NCBI GenBank assembly: GCA_938092015.1
Contig: CALKOT010000013.1
Location: forward strand, 1,109 to 65,108
Source of the DNA: an uncultured Rhodobacteraceae bacterium
GTDB lineage: Bacteria; Pseudomonadota; Alphaproteobacteria; Rhodobacterales; Rhodobacteraceae
Direction of reading: 5' to 3'
DNA: 64,000 bases
Part shown: positions 9,449 to 18,007 of the stretch, piece after piece
Layout of the letters: every line of letters begins with the position of its first letter
Numbering within the stretch: the first letter of the stretch is position 1
The notes under the pieces: generated by a model
Database searches by the model: none
Seen by the model: only the letters and a program-made list of their open reading frames with translations
What the model was told of the DNA's origin: nothing
Program-made: the position numbers and the translations under genes

Positions 9449-9685
9449 TTACGGATGAAGCTCTGATACTGCGATTGGCTGCGGCTCAACCATCAGAATG
9501 ATCGGAGTGCTGTCCGGATCGAAAGGTCTTATTGGCGCCGGCAGGATCTGAGGTTCTTCTTCAGCTAGTTGCTGTAATGAAACCGGTCCTGCGCCCAACA
9601 CTTCGACTGACATGTAAGCAAGCGCCATGAGGGCAATCACACCAGCGAAAGCGCCCAAACAAAATTCTAGAATATTTTTTCCCAT
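9449..9685 (-). CDS. hypothetical small membrane protein (one predicted TM helix)
   Basis: 78-aa ORF with a hydrophobic N-terminal segment (FCLGAFAGVIALMALAYMSVEVL). No recognisable motif; coding status uncertain. Confidence 0.35.
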   Translation of the reverse strand: MGKNILEFCLGAFAGVIALMALAYMSVEVLGAGPVSLQQLAEEEPQILPAPIRPFDPDSTPIILMVEPQPIAVSELHP

Positions 9686-9857
9686 GGCCCCACGCCGTTG
9701 AGAGGATCGTAAAACTCATGCTCAACAAACCAACAAGAGCCTTATGCTAACGCTTAGAGCGACGTGAGCAAAGGATAGATGCAGGTGTAATCCGCAGCTT
9801 CCGATCCAAAGTGAGATCTATCTGCAGCTTCGCTGTAATGTGAGTGACCTAGAAACC

Positions 9858-11120
9858 TTAACGCACGAATATCAGTGCAGTGTCGGGCACATAGGTCACG
9901 ATCATCAGCACCAGCAGGATGATTGAGATAAACGGAAGGACAGCCAGGCAAACCTCACCAAACTTGGCGCGGAACGCTGTCATCGCGACAATCAGATTCA
10001 GCCCCAAAGGTGGCGTCAGGAAACCGATCTCAAGGTTGATCACCATGATCACACCAAAGTGGATTGGATCGATTCCATAAGCCATTGCCGGAATTAAAAG
10101 CAGCGGTGCCAGGATCAGGATGGCTGAGATCACGTCAAACAGGCAGCCAACGATCAACAGCAGCACATTCACAGCCAGCAGGAAGATGATCTTGTTATCG
10201 CTGATCGTTGTGACCCAATCAGCCAGCGCCTGAGGCGCCCCTTCGATGGTCAGCAGCGTTTTGATCGATAGCGCTACTGCGATGATGGGAAACAGCATGC
10301 CAAGCAGTTTTGATGTCTCAACCGCTGTGCGGAAGAAATCGATCAGTTTAAGCTCACGGTGGATTACGATCTCAACTAAGAGGGCGTAGATCAAAGCGAC
10401 CGCGGCTGCTTCGGTAGGAGAGAAATAGCCAGAATAGATGCCGCCCAGCAGAATCGCCGGCAGCGCCATTGACCAACCGCCTGCACGCAACGCGCTGGTG
10501 AATTCCGTCGGATTGAACGGCTCTGACGGCATTTTCCGGTTCACCCAGTAGGAATAGAACGCCAACGCCGTTGCGATCATTATCCCTGGGATAATGCCCG
10601 CGACGAAGAGATCGGCAATCGAGTGCTCGGTCACGATGCCGTAAAGGATCAATGGGATGGATGGTGGAATAATGATGCCGAGCGTACCGCCGGACGTCAG
10701 AGCGCCCAGCGAAAAGCGTTTGCCATATCCATTCTGGATCAGCGCTGGGTACAAGATCGTTCCCACCGCCAGCAAAGTGACCGGGGATGAACCTGAGATC
10801 GCAGCAAAGATCGCGCAGGACAGGATCGTCGCGACCGCCAATCCGCCTGGAATTGGCCGTGTTAGCGCCACGGCCAGATCAATCAGGCGCTTGGCGATTG
10901 ATCCGCGGGTCATTACTGCGCCTGCAAGCAGGAACATCGGGATCGCCAACAGCACTTCGTTGTCGAGGCTAAGCCACAGATCTTCGATCAGAAAGGTCAG
11001 CTGACCGTCGCCCCACAGCATATGCACATAGGCTGCGGCGGTGAGCAGGATAACCACGACGTTCTGCCGAATGGCGAGGAGAAGTAGTGTCAGGCCGACA
11101 AGGCCGAATGCGGCGATCAT
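9858..11120 (-). CDS. TRAP transporter large permease (DctM family)
   Basis: 420-aa polytopic membrane protein with typical DctM segments (GGTLGIIIPPSIPLILYG). It overlaps the upstream DctQ-like gene by 4 nt. Confidence 0.9.
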   Translation of the reverse strand: MIAAFGLVGLTLLLLAIRQNVVVILLTAAAYVHMLWGDGQLTFLIEDLWLSLDNEVLLAIPMFLLAGAVMTRGSIAKRLIDLAVALTRPIPGGLAVATILSCAIFAAISGSSPVTLLAVGTILYPALIQNGYGKRFSLGALTSGGTLGIIIPPSIPLILYGIVTEHSIADLFVAGIIPGIMIATALAFYSYWVNRKMPSEPFNPTEFTSALRAGGWSMALPAILLGGIYSGYFSPTEAAAVALIYALLVEIVIHRELKLIDFFRTAVETSKLLGMLFPIIAVALSIKTLLTIEGAPQALADWVTTISDNKIIFLLAVNVLLLIVGCLFDVISAILILAPLLLIPAMAYGIDPIHFGVIMVINLEIGFLTPPLGLNLIVAMTAFRAKFGEVCLAVLPFISIILLVLMIVTYVPDTALIFVR

Positions 11121-11605
11121 ACAGCGCCTCGTTCTGCAGGCTTCAGTTCAGGCCAACGGGCGAAAAGCGCATGGCGCAGACCGGTTGAGCACAACGCGTA
11201 GGGAATGATCAGCTGGATCGGCCAAAGGAGCCAATAGAGCACGGCGGCGCGATCCTGATACTCCATCGATAACATAATGAACTGAAACGCGATGACAGCC
11301 ATGAAGAAATAGAATGCCGCCGCGGCGCCATCGCCGATCCGCTCTGTCATTGGTCCCTTGAAAACATGGTCAAGGAAAGACGGACGCAATTGCATGTTGG
11401 ATGCCGTCGCCAGTGCAAGGCCCAGAAACCCTGCCACAATGGCTGCATAGACCGCCATTTTCTGAGCGCCGAAGATGCCTTTGCCCAGAATCTCACGACC
11501 AAGCACATCGCCGATCAGCAGACTGGCCACGACTGCATAGGCGAGAGTGGCGGCGATACTTTCGGCAAGTGTCAGCAAGCGTAGCGTCTGCTTCGCAGTT
11601 TCCAT
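11117..11605 (-). CDS. TRAP transporter small permease (DctQ family)
   Basis: 162-aa protein with about four predicted TM helices, positioned between the DctP-like and DctM-like genes. Confidence 0.8.
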   Translation of the reverse strand: METAKQTLRLLTLAESIAATLAYAVVASLLIGDVLGREILGKGIFGAQKMAVYAAIVAGFLGLALATASNMQLRPSFLDHVFKGPMTERIGDGAAAAFYFFMAVIAFQFIMLSMEYQDRAAVLYWLLWPIQLIIPYALCSTGLRHALFARWPELKPAERGAV

Positions 11606-11670
11606 GGGAGAGCTTTCTGGAAAAGGCTACGCCGCGCGGCCAGGTTGGGGCAACGCGGCGCAGGTTTTTG

Positions 11671-12648
11671 TTAGCCGCCGCAGGCAGTTTTCGCCGCCCC
11701 GATTGCAGCCCAGGTAGCTTCGGAATCGCCGCCAAGTTCCTCAACAATCCGTGGCTGAACGCCGGGCGCGACCGCCCGCCATGCCGCATCGTCGGAAGCG
11801 TGGACCGTGGCGCCGTCGCCTTTGATTTTCTCCAGCAACGCAACTTCGGCGCCGCGGATCGCTTTGCGCAGGCTTTTCAGGATAACCGCAGCTTCGGTCA
11901 GCCAGCCCTGTTCTTCAGCGCTGAGCGTATTCCAGGTTTTGTTTGAAACTACGACAGACCCGATCTGGTGGACGTGGTTTGTTGGCGTCACATGGGTTGC
12001 GACTTTGTGGTAGCCCACAGCCATGCCATACACTGCGGGCCAGGTGGCGGCGGTCACGTTGCCCGTTTTCAGCGCTGGCATGGTGTCGGTAGTGCCAAGT
12101 GGAACTGCTGATCCGCCCGCCGCATCCATGAACAAAGTGTCTGTTTTGGTTGGCGCCGTGCGGATTTTTACGCCTGCAAGGTCTGCGGGTGAAATGACAG
12201 GTTCACTTGCGAAGATGATCTGCTGGCCAACCTCGAACCATGCGATGGGGTGGACGCCCGCAGCATCGAATTTCTCGCCAAATGTATCGATCAGGTGGTC
12301 GTCTGCGACGCAATCGGCTTGCTCCAGATTGCTGAACGCAAAAGGTGACGCCAAGAGGCCAAATTCTGGCACCAGCAGGGACGAAGCGGTGTTTGAGAAC
12401 GCGCCCATATCTAGCCGCCCGCGGGCGATCTGGCGGATTGTCGTCTGCTCATCACCCAGCTGACTGGCGTGGAAGTGTTTGATGGTCAGGGACCCGCCGC
12501 TCAACTCAGCGACTTTTGCCGTAAAGGCGTTGTAAATCTGTCCCCATGGCGACCCTTCAGGCGCAGCGCCAGCAGATCGTAGTTCACGCGCATCAGCCGC
12601 AGAGGCGGCTACAATAGCCGCAACAGCGGCGGCAAGAATCCGTTTCAT
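11671..12648 (-). CDS. TRAP transporter substrate-binding protein (DctP family)
   Basis: 325 aa with a signal peptide (MKRILAAAVAAIVAASAADA). DctP-like N-terminal region (SPWGQIYNAFTAKVAELSGGSLTIKHFHASQLGDEQ). Confidence 0.9.
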   Translation of the reverse strand: MKRILAAAVAAIVAASAADARELRSAGAAPEGSPWGQIYNAFTAKVAELSGGSLTIKHFHASQLGDEQTTIRQIARGRLDMGAFSNTASSLLVPEFGLLASPFAFSNLEQADCVADDHLIDTFGEKFDAAGVHPIAWFEVGQQIIFASEPVISPADLAGVKIRTAPTKTDTLFMDAAGGSAVPLGTTDTMPALKTGNVTAATWPAVYGMAVGYHKVATHVTPTNHVHQIGSVVVSNKTWNTLSAEEQGWLTEAAVILKSLRKAIRGAEVALLEKIKGDGATVHASDDAAWRAVAPGVQPRIVEELGGDSEATWAAIGAAKTACGG

Positions 12649-12789
12649 TTCATTCTCCCTGTTTCGGGTCTTTGCCCGAATGTTTGGCTTGGCGTCGTTG
12701 CGCCTTGCTTTGGTATCGTGTGCGCCCGGTCTGTCGCCGCACGCAGTAGTCAGCTTACCTAACTCGTCGTTGTACTGAGGCTGGGGCGG

Positions 12790-13617
12790 CTACGCCGCTT
12801 CCAGCGCGCAGCCTTCGATCGTGATCCGATGCATGTAGCGGCGATGACCGTGATAATCGTTGATCGCCTTGTGCCAGGTCGCCCGGTTGTCCCACATCGT
12901 CAGATCGCCTTCCTTCCAACGAACGCGGCACTGGAATTCTGGTCTGACGCAGTGCTTGTAGATCCCGTTCAGAATTGCATCGGATTCGCCCTTCGCCATG
13001 CCATCTATGCCAACAGTGAACTGGGGGTTCACGTAGATGCATTTTCGACCTGACAGCGGATGTTTGATGATCAGAGGGTGCTTTACATCCGGTTCGATAT
13101 TTGGATTGGCGCTGAGACGCCCTTCGGCGCGGGCCTTCTTGGCGGCAGGGCTGTTAACGAAGACATGTTCTGTCCCGTGCCAGGCCTCAAGTCCGTCGAG
13201 GATGTCTTTGAACTTGTCTGAAAGCCCGTCATAGGCCGCAGCCATTGACGAAAAGGCTGTATCGCCGCCGACCTGTGGCATCTCAATCGCGCTGAGGATC
13301 GACCCAAGCGCGGGTTCCTGATCGTAGGAATGATCTGTATGCCATTCCTCACCAATCGCGCCTTGCTGGTCAGCTTCCTTCAGCACGATCGCAATGTTTG
13401 GATGCGTGTCCAAAGGCGTGAAAAACCGGTTGATATTGATCTGGCCAATCGCTTCGGCGAAATCGATATGCTCTTCTGGTGAAAGGCTCTGGTCACGAAC
13501 CGAAATCACCGAGTATTGCGCGAAGGCGTCCTTGATCGCCTTTACATCGTCTTTGTTGCGCACATCGGCGCCGTAGATATCCGCGCCGATTGCGCGGGTC
13601 ATAGGTACGATTTTCAA
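12790..13617 (-). CDS. TauD/TfdA-family Fe(II)/2-oxoglutarate dioxygenase (taurine dioxygenase or alkylsulfatase-like)
   Basis: 275 aa with the facial-triad motif WHTDHSY (HxD) and the C-terminal WDNRATWHKA motif characteristic of TauD-like enzymes. Confidence 0.9.
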   Translation of the reverse strand: MKIVPMTRAIGADIYGADVRNKDDVKAIKDAFAQYSVISVRDQSLSPEEHIDFAEAIGQININRFFTPLDTHPNIAIVLKEADQQGAIGEEWHTDHSYDQEPALGSILSAIEMPQVGGDTAFSSMAAAYDGLSDKFKDILDGLEAWHGTEHVFVNSPAAKKARAEGRLSANPNIEPDVKHPLIIKHPLSGRKCIYVNPQFTVGIDGMAKGESDAILNGIYKHCVRPEFQCRVRWKEGDLTMWDNRATWHKAINDYHGHRRYMHRITIEGCALEAA

Positions 13618-13659
13618 TTTGTCCTCCTGTAGGTTCGGTCGGCGTTTTGCGCCTTTTTG

Positions 13660-14319
13660 TTAGTCATTCGTATCTGCGAGAAATGGCGTGAGGGCACCGA
13701 TCACTTCCCTGCCGAAAGCTTCGTCGTGAAGCCTTAGCGGGCCTGGATCGTGCAGCATGGAGTTCACCATCGTCCCGAAAGCCATTTGAATAGCGACGTT
13801 CATTCGATGTTTTTGATCGCCATAAAGGCCAGCGACCAGGCCGTCTGTCATGCGCTGAGCAGAGGTGCGGTTCGAGGCCCAAGCGTCGGGTGTTTTTTGC
13901 TCGTACCGAAGCGCCGACCGCATAACGCCGCGATATTCCCTGAAATACCGAAGGGTCAGATCGACGCAAATCGCAAGCCGGTGGGCAAGGGATACGTCAT
14001 CTAGATCACGCGTTTCGATCTCATCTTCGATCCAGCTGCAAACGACGTCGTTCACCTCTCGTTGAACGGCGATGAAGAAGGCCGATTTGTCGGTAAAAGC
14101 TGAATAAAATGATCCGGTCGAATATCCCAGCGCGCCGGTTATCTCGGCGATAGCGACGTCTTCAACATCTCTGTCTTTAAGCAGCTCAACTCCGTAAGCG
14201 ATCATCGCCGCACGTCGTGCGCGGCTGCGCTTTTGCTTGGGCAGCGTCTCAACTGTTCTGGAGAGGTCGAGGGCCATTGAGGCTCCAGTTGAATTTCTTG
14301 AATTTGAATTCAAGTTCAT
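13660..14319 (-). CDS. TetR-family transcriptional regulator
   Basis: The HTH region VEDVAIAEITGALGYSTGSFYSAFTDKSAFF is typical of TetR. The true start may be the ATG at 14277 (MALDLS...), which has a GGAG 5 nt upstream. Confidence 0.85.
   Translation of the reverse strand: MNLNSNSRNSTGASMALDLSRTVETLPKQKRSRARRAAMIAYGVELLKDRDVEDVAIAEITGALGYSTGSFYSAFTDKSAFFIAVQREVNDVVCSWIEDEIETRDLDDVSLAHRLAICVDLTLRYFREYRGVMRSALRYEQKTPDAWASNRTSAQRMTDGLVAGLYGDQKHRMNVAIQMAFGTMVNSMLHDPGPLRLHDEAFGREVIGALTPFLADTND
14297..14314. promoter_or_regulatory. palindrome CTTGAATT-tg-AATTCAAG, candidate TetR operator in the tetR/sulfatase divergent region
   Basis: Perfect 8-bp arms. If tetR starts at 14277, the palindrome is 20-37 nt upstream of tetR and about 60 nt upstream of the sulfatase ATG. 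Confidence 0.3.
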
Positions 14320-14373
14320 GTTTCATGATTCCGTCAAGGAAATATTGGCGCGAGTACGTTTGAGGGAAGAGTT

Positions 14374-15819
14374 ATGGAAAAGCCGAATGTCATTCTGATT
14401 ATGACGGACAACCAGCAGGCGGCGACGTTGGGCTGTTACGGGAACCATGAGGTTCACACTCCAAATCTTGACCGACTGGCGAAACAGGGGCTGAAGTTTG
14501 ACAACGCCTTTTGTCCGAATGCTTTCTGTTCTCCGTGCCGCGCTTCGGCCCTGACGGGGATGCTGCCGTCGCAACATGGCGTCCACAGCTGGATCGATGA
14601 CCGGAAGATGGAAGACTGGCCGAAAGGCTGGCACGCCCTCGATGGCGTCAATACGCTGCCAGAAGAGATGGGGCGCCTCGGTTATCGTACAGGTCTTTTC
14701 GGTAAGTATCATCTGGGCGAAAGCGCTACGCCTGGCGCAGGCTGGGATCGTTGGGTGACGATGACCCACGGCCATGTTCGGTCTTTCTATAAGAACGAGA
14801 TCACAGATGATGGCGAAGTGTATGAACAGCCGGGCCATGCGGTGGATTTCTTCACCGACAAGGCGCTCGACTGGATCGGGCAGGGGCATGAGCCCTATTT
14901 CGCATACCTGCCGTTTCCGTCGCCCTATGGTCACTGGCCGGCGACGAATGATGGGAACCGGAACCGATATTCAGAGATGTATGATGATTGCCCGGTCGAC
15001 ACCGTGCCGCGGCAGGGACTGTCAGCTGCAGCGGTCGCGAACTATGATCAGGTGAAAGCGCAAAGCGGTGGTGGGCTGGATTTCTCATTGCTGCTGCGGG
15101 CGCCAAACCATCTGCCGACCCTTAGAAATTACTACAGCCAGATCACCATGATTGATGAGATCGTTGGTCGGATCGCCGAAGCCGCGCCTGATGCCCTGAT
15201 CCTGTTCACGGCCGACCATGGCCTTTCGCTGGGCCATCACGGGTTCTGGGGGCATGGGGCGTCGACATATCCCTCGAACCTGCACCTTGCGGCCCACTCT
15301 GTCCCGCTGATCGCGCGAACGCCTGATGGGAAGGCGAGCGGTGAGACGCCGCTATATGTGTCGAACATGGACGTCTATTCGACGATCCTAGACTATGCTG
15401 GCGGCGCCCCCGATCCTGACTTGCCCAGCCGGTCCTTCGCGTCGCTTCTAAGGGGCGAAGACGCTCCAGACTGGGGTGAGGATGCGGTCTATTCCGAGCA
15501 GGAAGAAACGCGCGTGATCCGAACGCCGGGCTGGGCGTATTTCAAGAGATTCAGCCATGACGGCGCGCCTGATCTGCCCGATGAGCTGTTCAACACGGCA
15601 GATGACCCGGGGGAGACGGTTAACCTGGCAAACGACCCGACGCGCGGCGCAATCGCCGCCGACCTGTCCGCCAGAATTGACGCCTATTTCGAGCGGCACG
15701 TTCGCACTGAGGCGGATTTATGGGCTGGGGGGCAACCCATCCAGAACTCCATGATGTCGGCCTATTGGCGCGATATCTGGGGTGAAGACTGGGCCCCTGT
15801 CTATCGATACGGCGCGTGA
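14374..15819 (+). CDS. Cys-type sulfatase (arylsulfatase family), apparently cytoplasmic
   Basis: 481 aa with N-terminal NVILIMTDNQ and the formylglycine signature CSPCRASALTG (C-x-P-x-R). No signal peptide is visible. Confidence 0.9.
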   Translation: MEKPNVILIMTDNQQAATLGCYGNHEVHTPNLDRLAKQGLKFDNAFCPNAFCSPCRASALTGMLPSQHGVHSWIDDRKMEDWPKGWHALDGVNTLPEEMGRLGYRTGLFGKYHLGESATPGAGWDRWVTMTHGHVRSFYKNEITDDGEVYEQPGHAVDFFTDKALDWIGQGHEPYFAYLPFPSPYGHWPATNDGNRNRYSEMYDDCPVDTVPRQGLSAAAVANYDQVKAQSGGGLDFSLLLRAPNHLPTLRNYYSQITMIDEIVGRIAEAAPDALILFTADHGLSLGHHGFWGHGASTYPSNLHLAAHSVPLIARTPDGKASGETPLYVSNMDVYSTILDYAGGAPDPDLPSRSFASLLRGEDAPDWGEDAVYSEQEETRVIRTPGWAYFKRFSHDGAPDLPDELFNTADDPGETVNLANDPTRGAIAADLSARIDAYFERHVRTEADLWAGGQPIQNSMMSAYWRDIWGEDWAPVYRYGA

Positions 15820-15837
15820 AGCGTAGGACGGTTTTTC

Positions 15838-15878
15838 AAACCTTTCACATGCGAAAGTAGAGGTAAGGCATTGATATT
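15838..15878 (+). repeat. copy 2 of the conserved stop-proximal element (AAACCTTTCACATGCGAAAGTAGAGGTAAGGCATTGATAT)
   Basis: Starts 18 nt after the sulfatase stop codon. By hand alignment, 34 of 40 ungapped positions are identical to copy 3. Confidence 0.55.
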
Positions 15879-16103
15879 GCTTGTATGAGGGAGAGTGCGC
15901 CTTTGGTTGTTCTCTAAAAGTTCTTCTTTCAATCGCACTAATCAACAGAGGTTAGGAGGCAATTAGGTGCATGTGAAACCTGCTCGAAAGCACACTGTCG
16001 CCTCGGCAATGCTAGAACAAATCAATAATATCGCTTCTTTCTGGCAGCAAGCTAGCAACCTGAACAGTAGCCCGCGATTGTTATATCTACAATTCGACCC
16101 AAG

Positions 16104-17418
16104 GTGGATTGTGGATGGTTTGCGGGCACAGTTGACGGTCGCTCTACCATCGTGGAAAGGCAGCTTCAGTGTAACAACTTAGCTGAAGTTGCCTTGTTCG
16201 CAAGCGTGGACGGAATAACCGATTTAAGGTATCGCTTAGCCCAAAGAACCGGGCTAAAACTGCGTGCCTCTGGGCGCATAGCAAAGTTGGATCAGCCATT
16301 GGGCGAGATGTATCAGCGTGATGTCTTTTTCTTCCCCGGCTACGACGTCGCAGGAATAAAGCGTTACTACCGATATCTGAAACGGCAGTGCGGCTGGTAT
16401 CAGCGCCGGTTTGATGTGGAATTTCAGGTCGGCGATCTGACCCCGACAGCTCTGGACGGGTGGAGCGTGGCGCAAGTCACCGCCCGCTGGCTGGAAGGGT
16501 CGGCCAAAACGAGTTTTTACTTCTGCAAGTGGCGCGATGACGTTGTGAAAGACTATTGCCCCCCCCGCCCCCGTTCGTGTCTGGCGAATGCTGAAGGCGG
16601 TCGCGCATCTGGCCTTTCGCGGTCAGATCACCCGTACCGCGCGCATGGGCCCGAATTTCACCGCGGCGCTGGGGCTGCCTGTCTATCTGACCATCCTCAG
16701 AGCAATTTGTCTGACGATCTCATTGCTGCTTGTCATCACGGGCGGCTGGTACATCGCCCTCGGCGTTCTGTTCGGCGCCGGGTCGATATTCGGCCTAAGA
16801 AAGCTTGGCGGCGCTTTGTACCAAGCTTTCTTCAACAACTATCTCGCCTATCTCGAACGGGTGCTGTACCAACCGGATCACGGCATCGGTGATCAGCTGA
16901 CCGGCGCGATCCGCTCGGTTGTTGACCATGGCGGATCAGCGGCGCTGGACCGGAATGAGCTGATGATCATCGGGCATTCATACGGGACGGTGCCAGCGGC
17001 GATTGCGGCGGACAAGCTGACGCGCGAAGGTGCGGATGTCTCCCTCCTCACAATCGGCTCAATCGTCGCCTGCGTCGCGCTATCCCCGCAAGACCACATC
17101 TTTCGCCCACCGGCAGCTCTGCATCATAGCGGCAGGATCTGCTGGCGCAAATGTTTTGCGCCGCAGGACAGCCTGTGTTTTTCCCGCCTGAACATGAAAC
17201 GTGATTTCGGGCTGACCGTCGCCGCCGACGAAAAGGCGGATGTTAAAGTACTATCCGCCCGGTTTGGCGACTTTGTCGCGGCGCGCAAGCTCAGAAAGTT
17301 TCGCAACAACCTGTTGCGGATGCACTTTCAGTTCCTGATGGCGGTCGACAAGCAGGGCGGGTACGATTTCCACAGATTTGCACTCGGCCCCGTTGGCCTG
17401 AAGAAAGCATCCGCATGA
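16104..17418 (+). pseudogene. frameshifted gene for a membrane-associated GxSxG (alpha/beta-hydrolase-like) protein
   Basis: ORFs 16104..16892 and 16588..17418 overlap in frames offset by 1. The only place they can be joined is 16549-16587, which contains C8 (16559-16566) and C5 (16568-16572) runs. The downstream part carries two hydrophobic helices and MIIGHSYGTVPA. The 5' boundary is uncertain, since ORF 15967..16182 may be a further fragment. Confidence 0.5.
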
Positions 17419-18007
17419 GCGACTTTTATCGCCCCCCGCGCCGGTTCTCTTTACCTCTACTGCCAAGGTCGTCGTAAACGGGTTGTTTTCCCGCGACAAC
17501 GACCTGATCAAGCTGGTGTCCGAAGACACATATAACCGTTTCATGGTGAGGGTGCCTTACGCGCGCACGCCGATCTTAGTGGTCAATTGCCCGAAATCGA
17601 TCTCTCACGTGATGAAGTCCGAAGTTGATAATTACCCGAAATGCGACCTGACCACCGCCGCGCTGGACGGGCTGGTCGGCAATTAGATCTTTACGGTCAG
17701 CGGCGATGTCTGGAAGCGACAGCACACCATGGTCAATTAGGTGTTCGCCAAACTGAAGCTTTCCGGTGTTTTCCTCGAAATGCGCAAGGCCATCTTCGAA
17801 AGCCTCGCCCGGATTGAGGCCAAGGTCGGCCAGACGATCAACATTGATGCGGAAATGGCGTTTGTGACGGCCGACGTCATTTTTCGAACGATGTTCTCCC
17901 GACCGATCGACGACAGCGAAGCAAAGCTGATCTTTGACGAGTTTGGCAATTACCAGAACGCTTTGCCACACATGACGGTCTGGTCGATGAAGGCAAATTC
18001 ATCGTGA
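17415..18007 (+). pseudogene. cytochrome P450 N-terminal remnant (frameshift, two in-frame TAG stops, 3' truncation)
   Basis: The ATG at 17415 gives MSDFYRPP, then the frame is lost in a C6 run (17432-17437). The continuation ...PILVVNCPKSISHVMKSEVDNYPK...DGLVGN*IFTVSGDVWKRQHTMVN*VFAKL...FVTADVIFRTMFS matches the N-terminal third of bacterial P450s. The stops are at 17684-17686 and 17738-17740. The haem-binding C-terminal part is absent. Confidence 0.75.
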
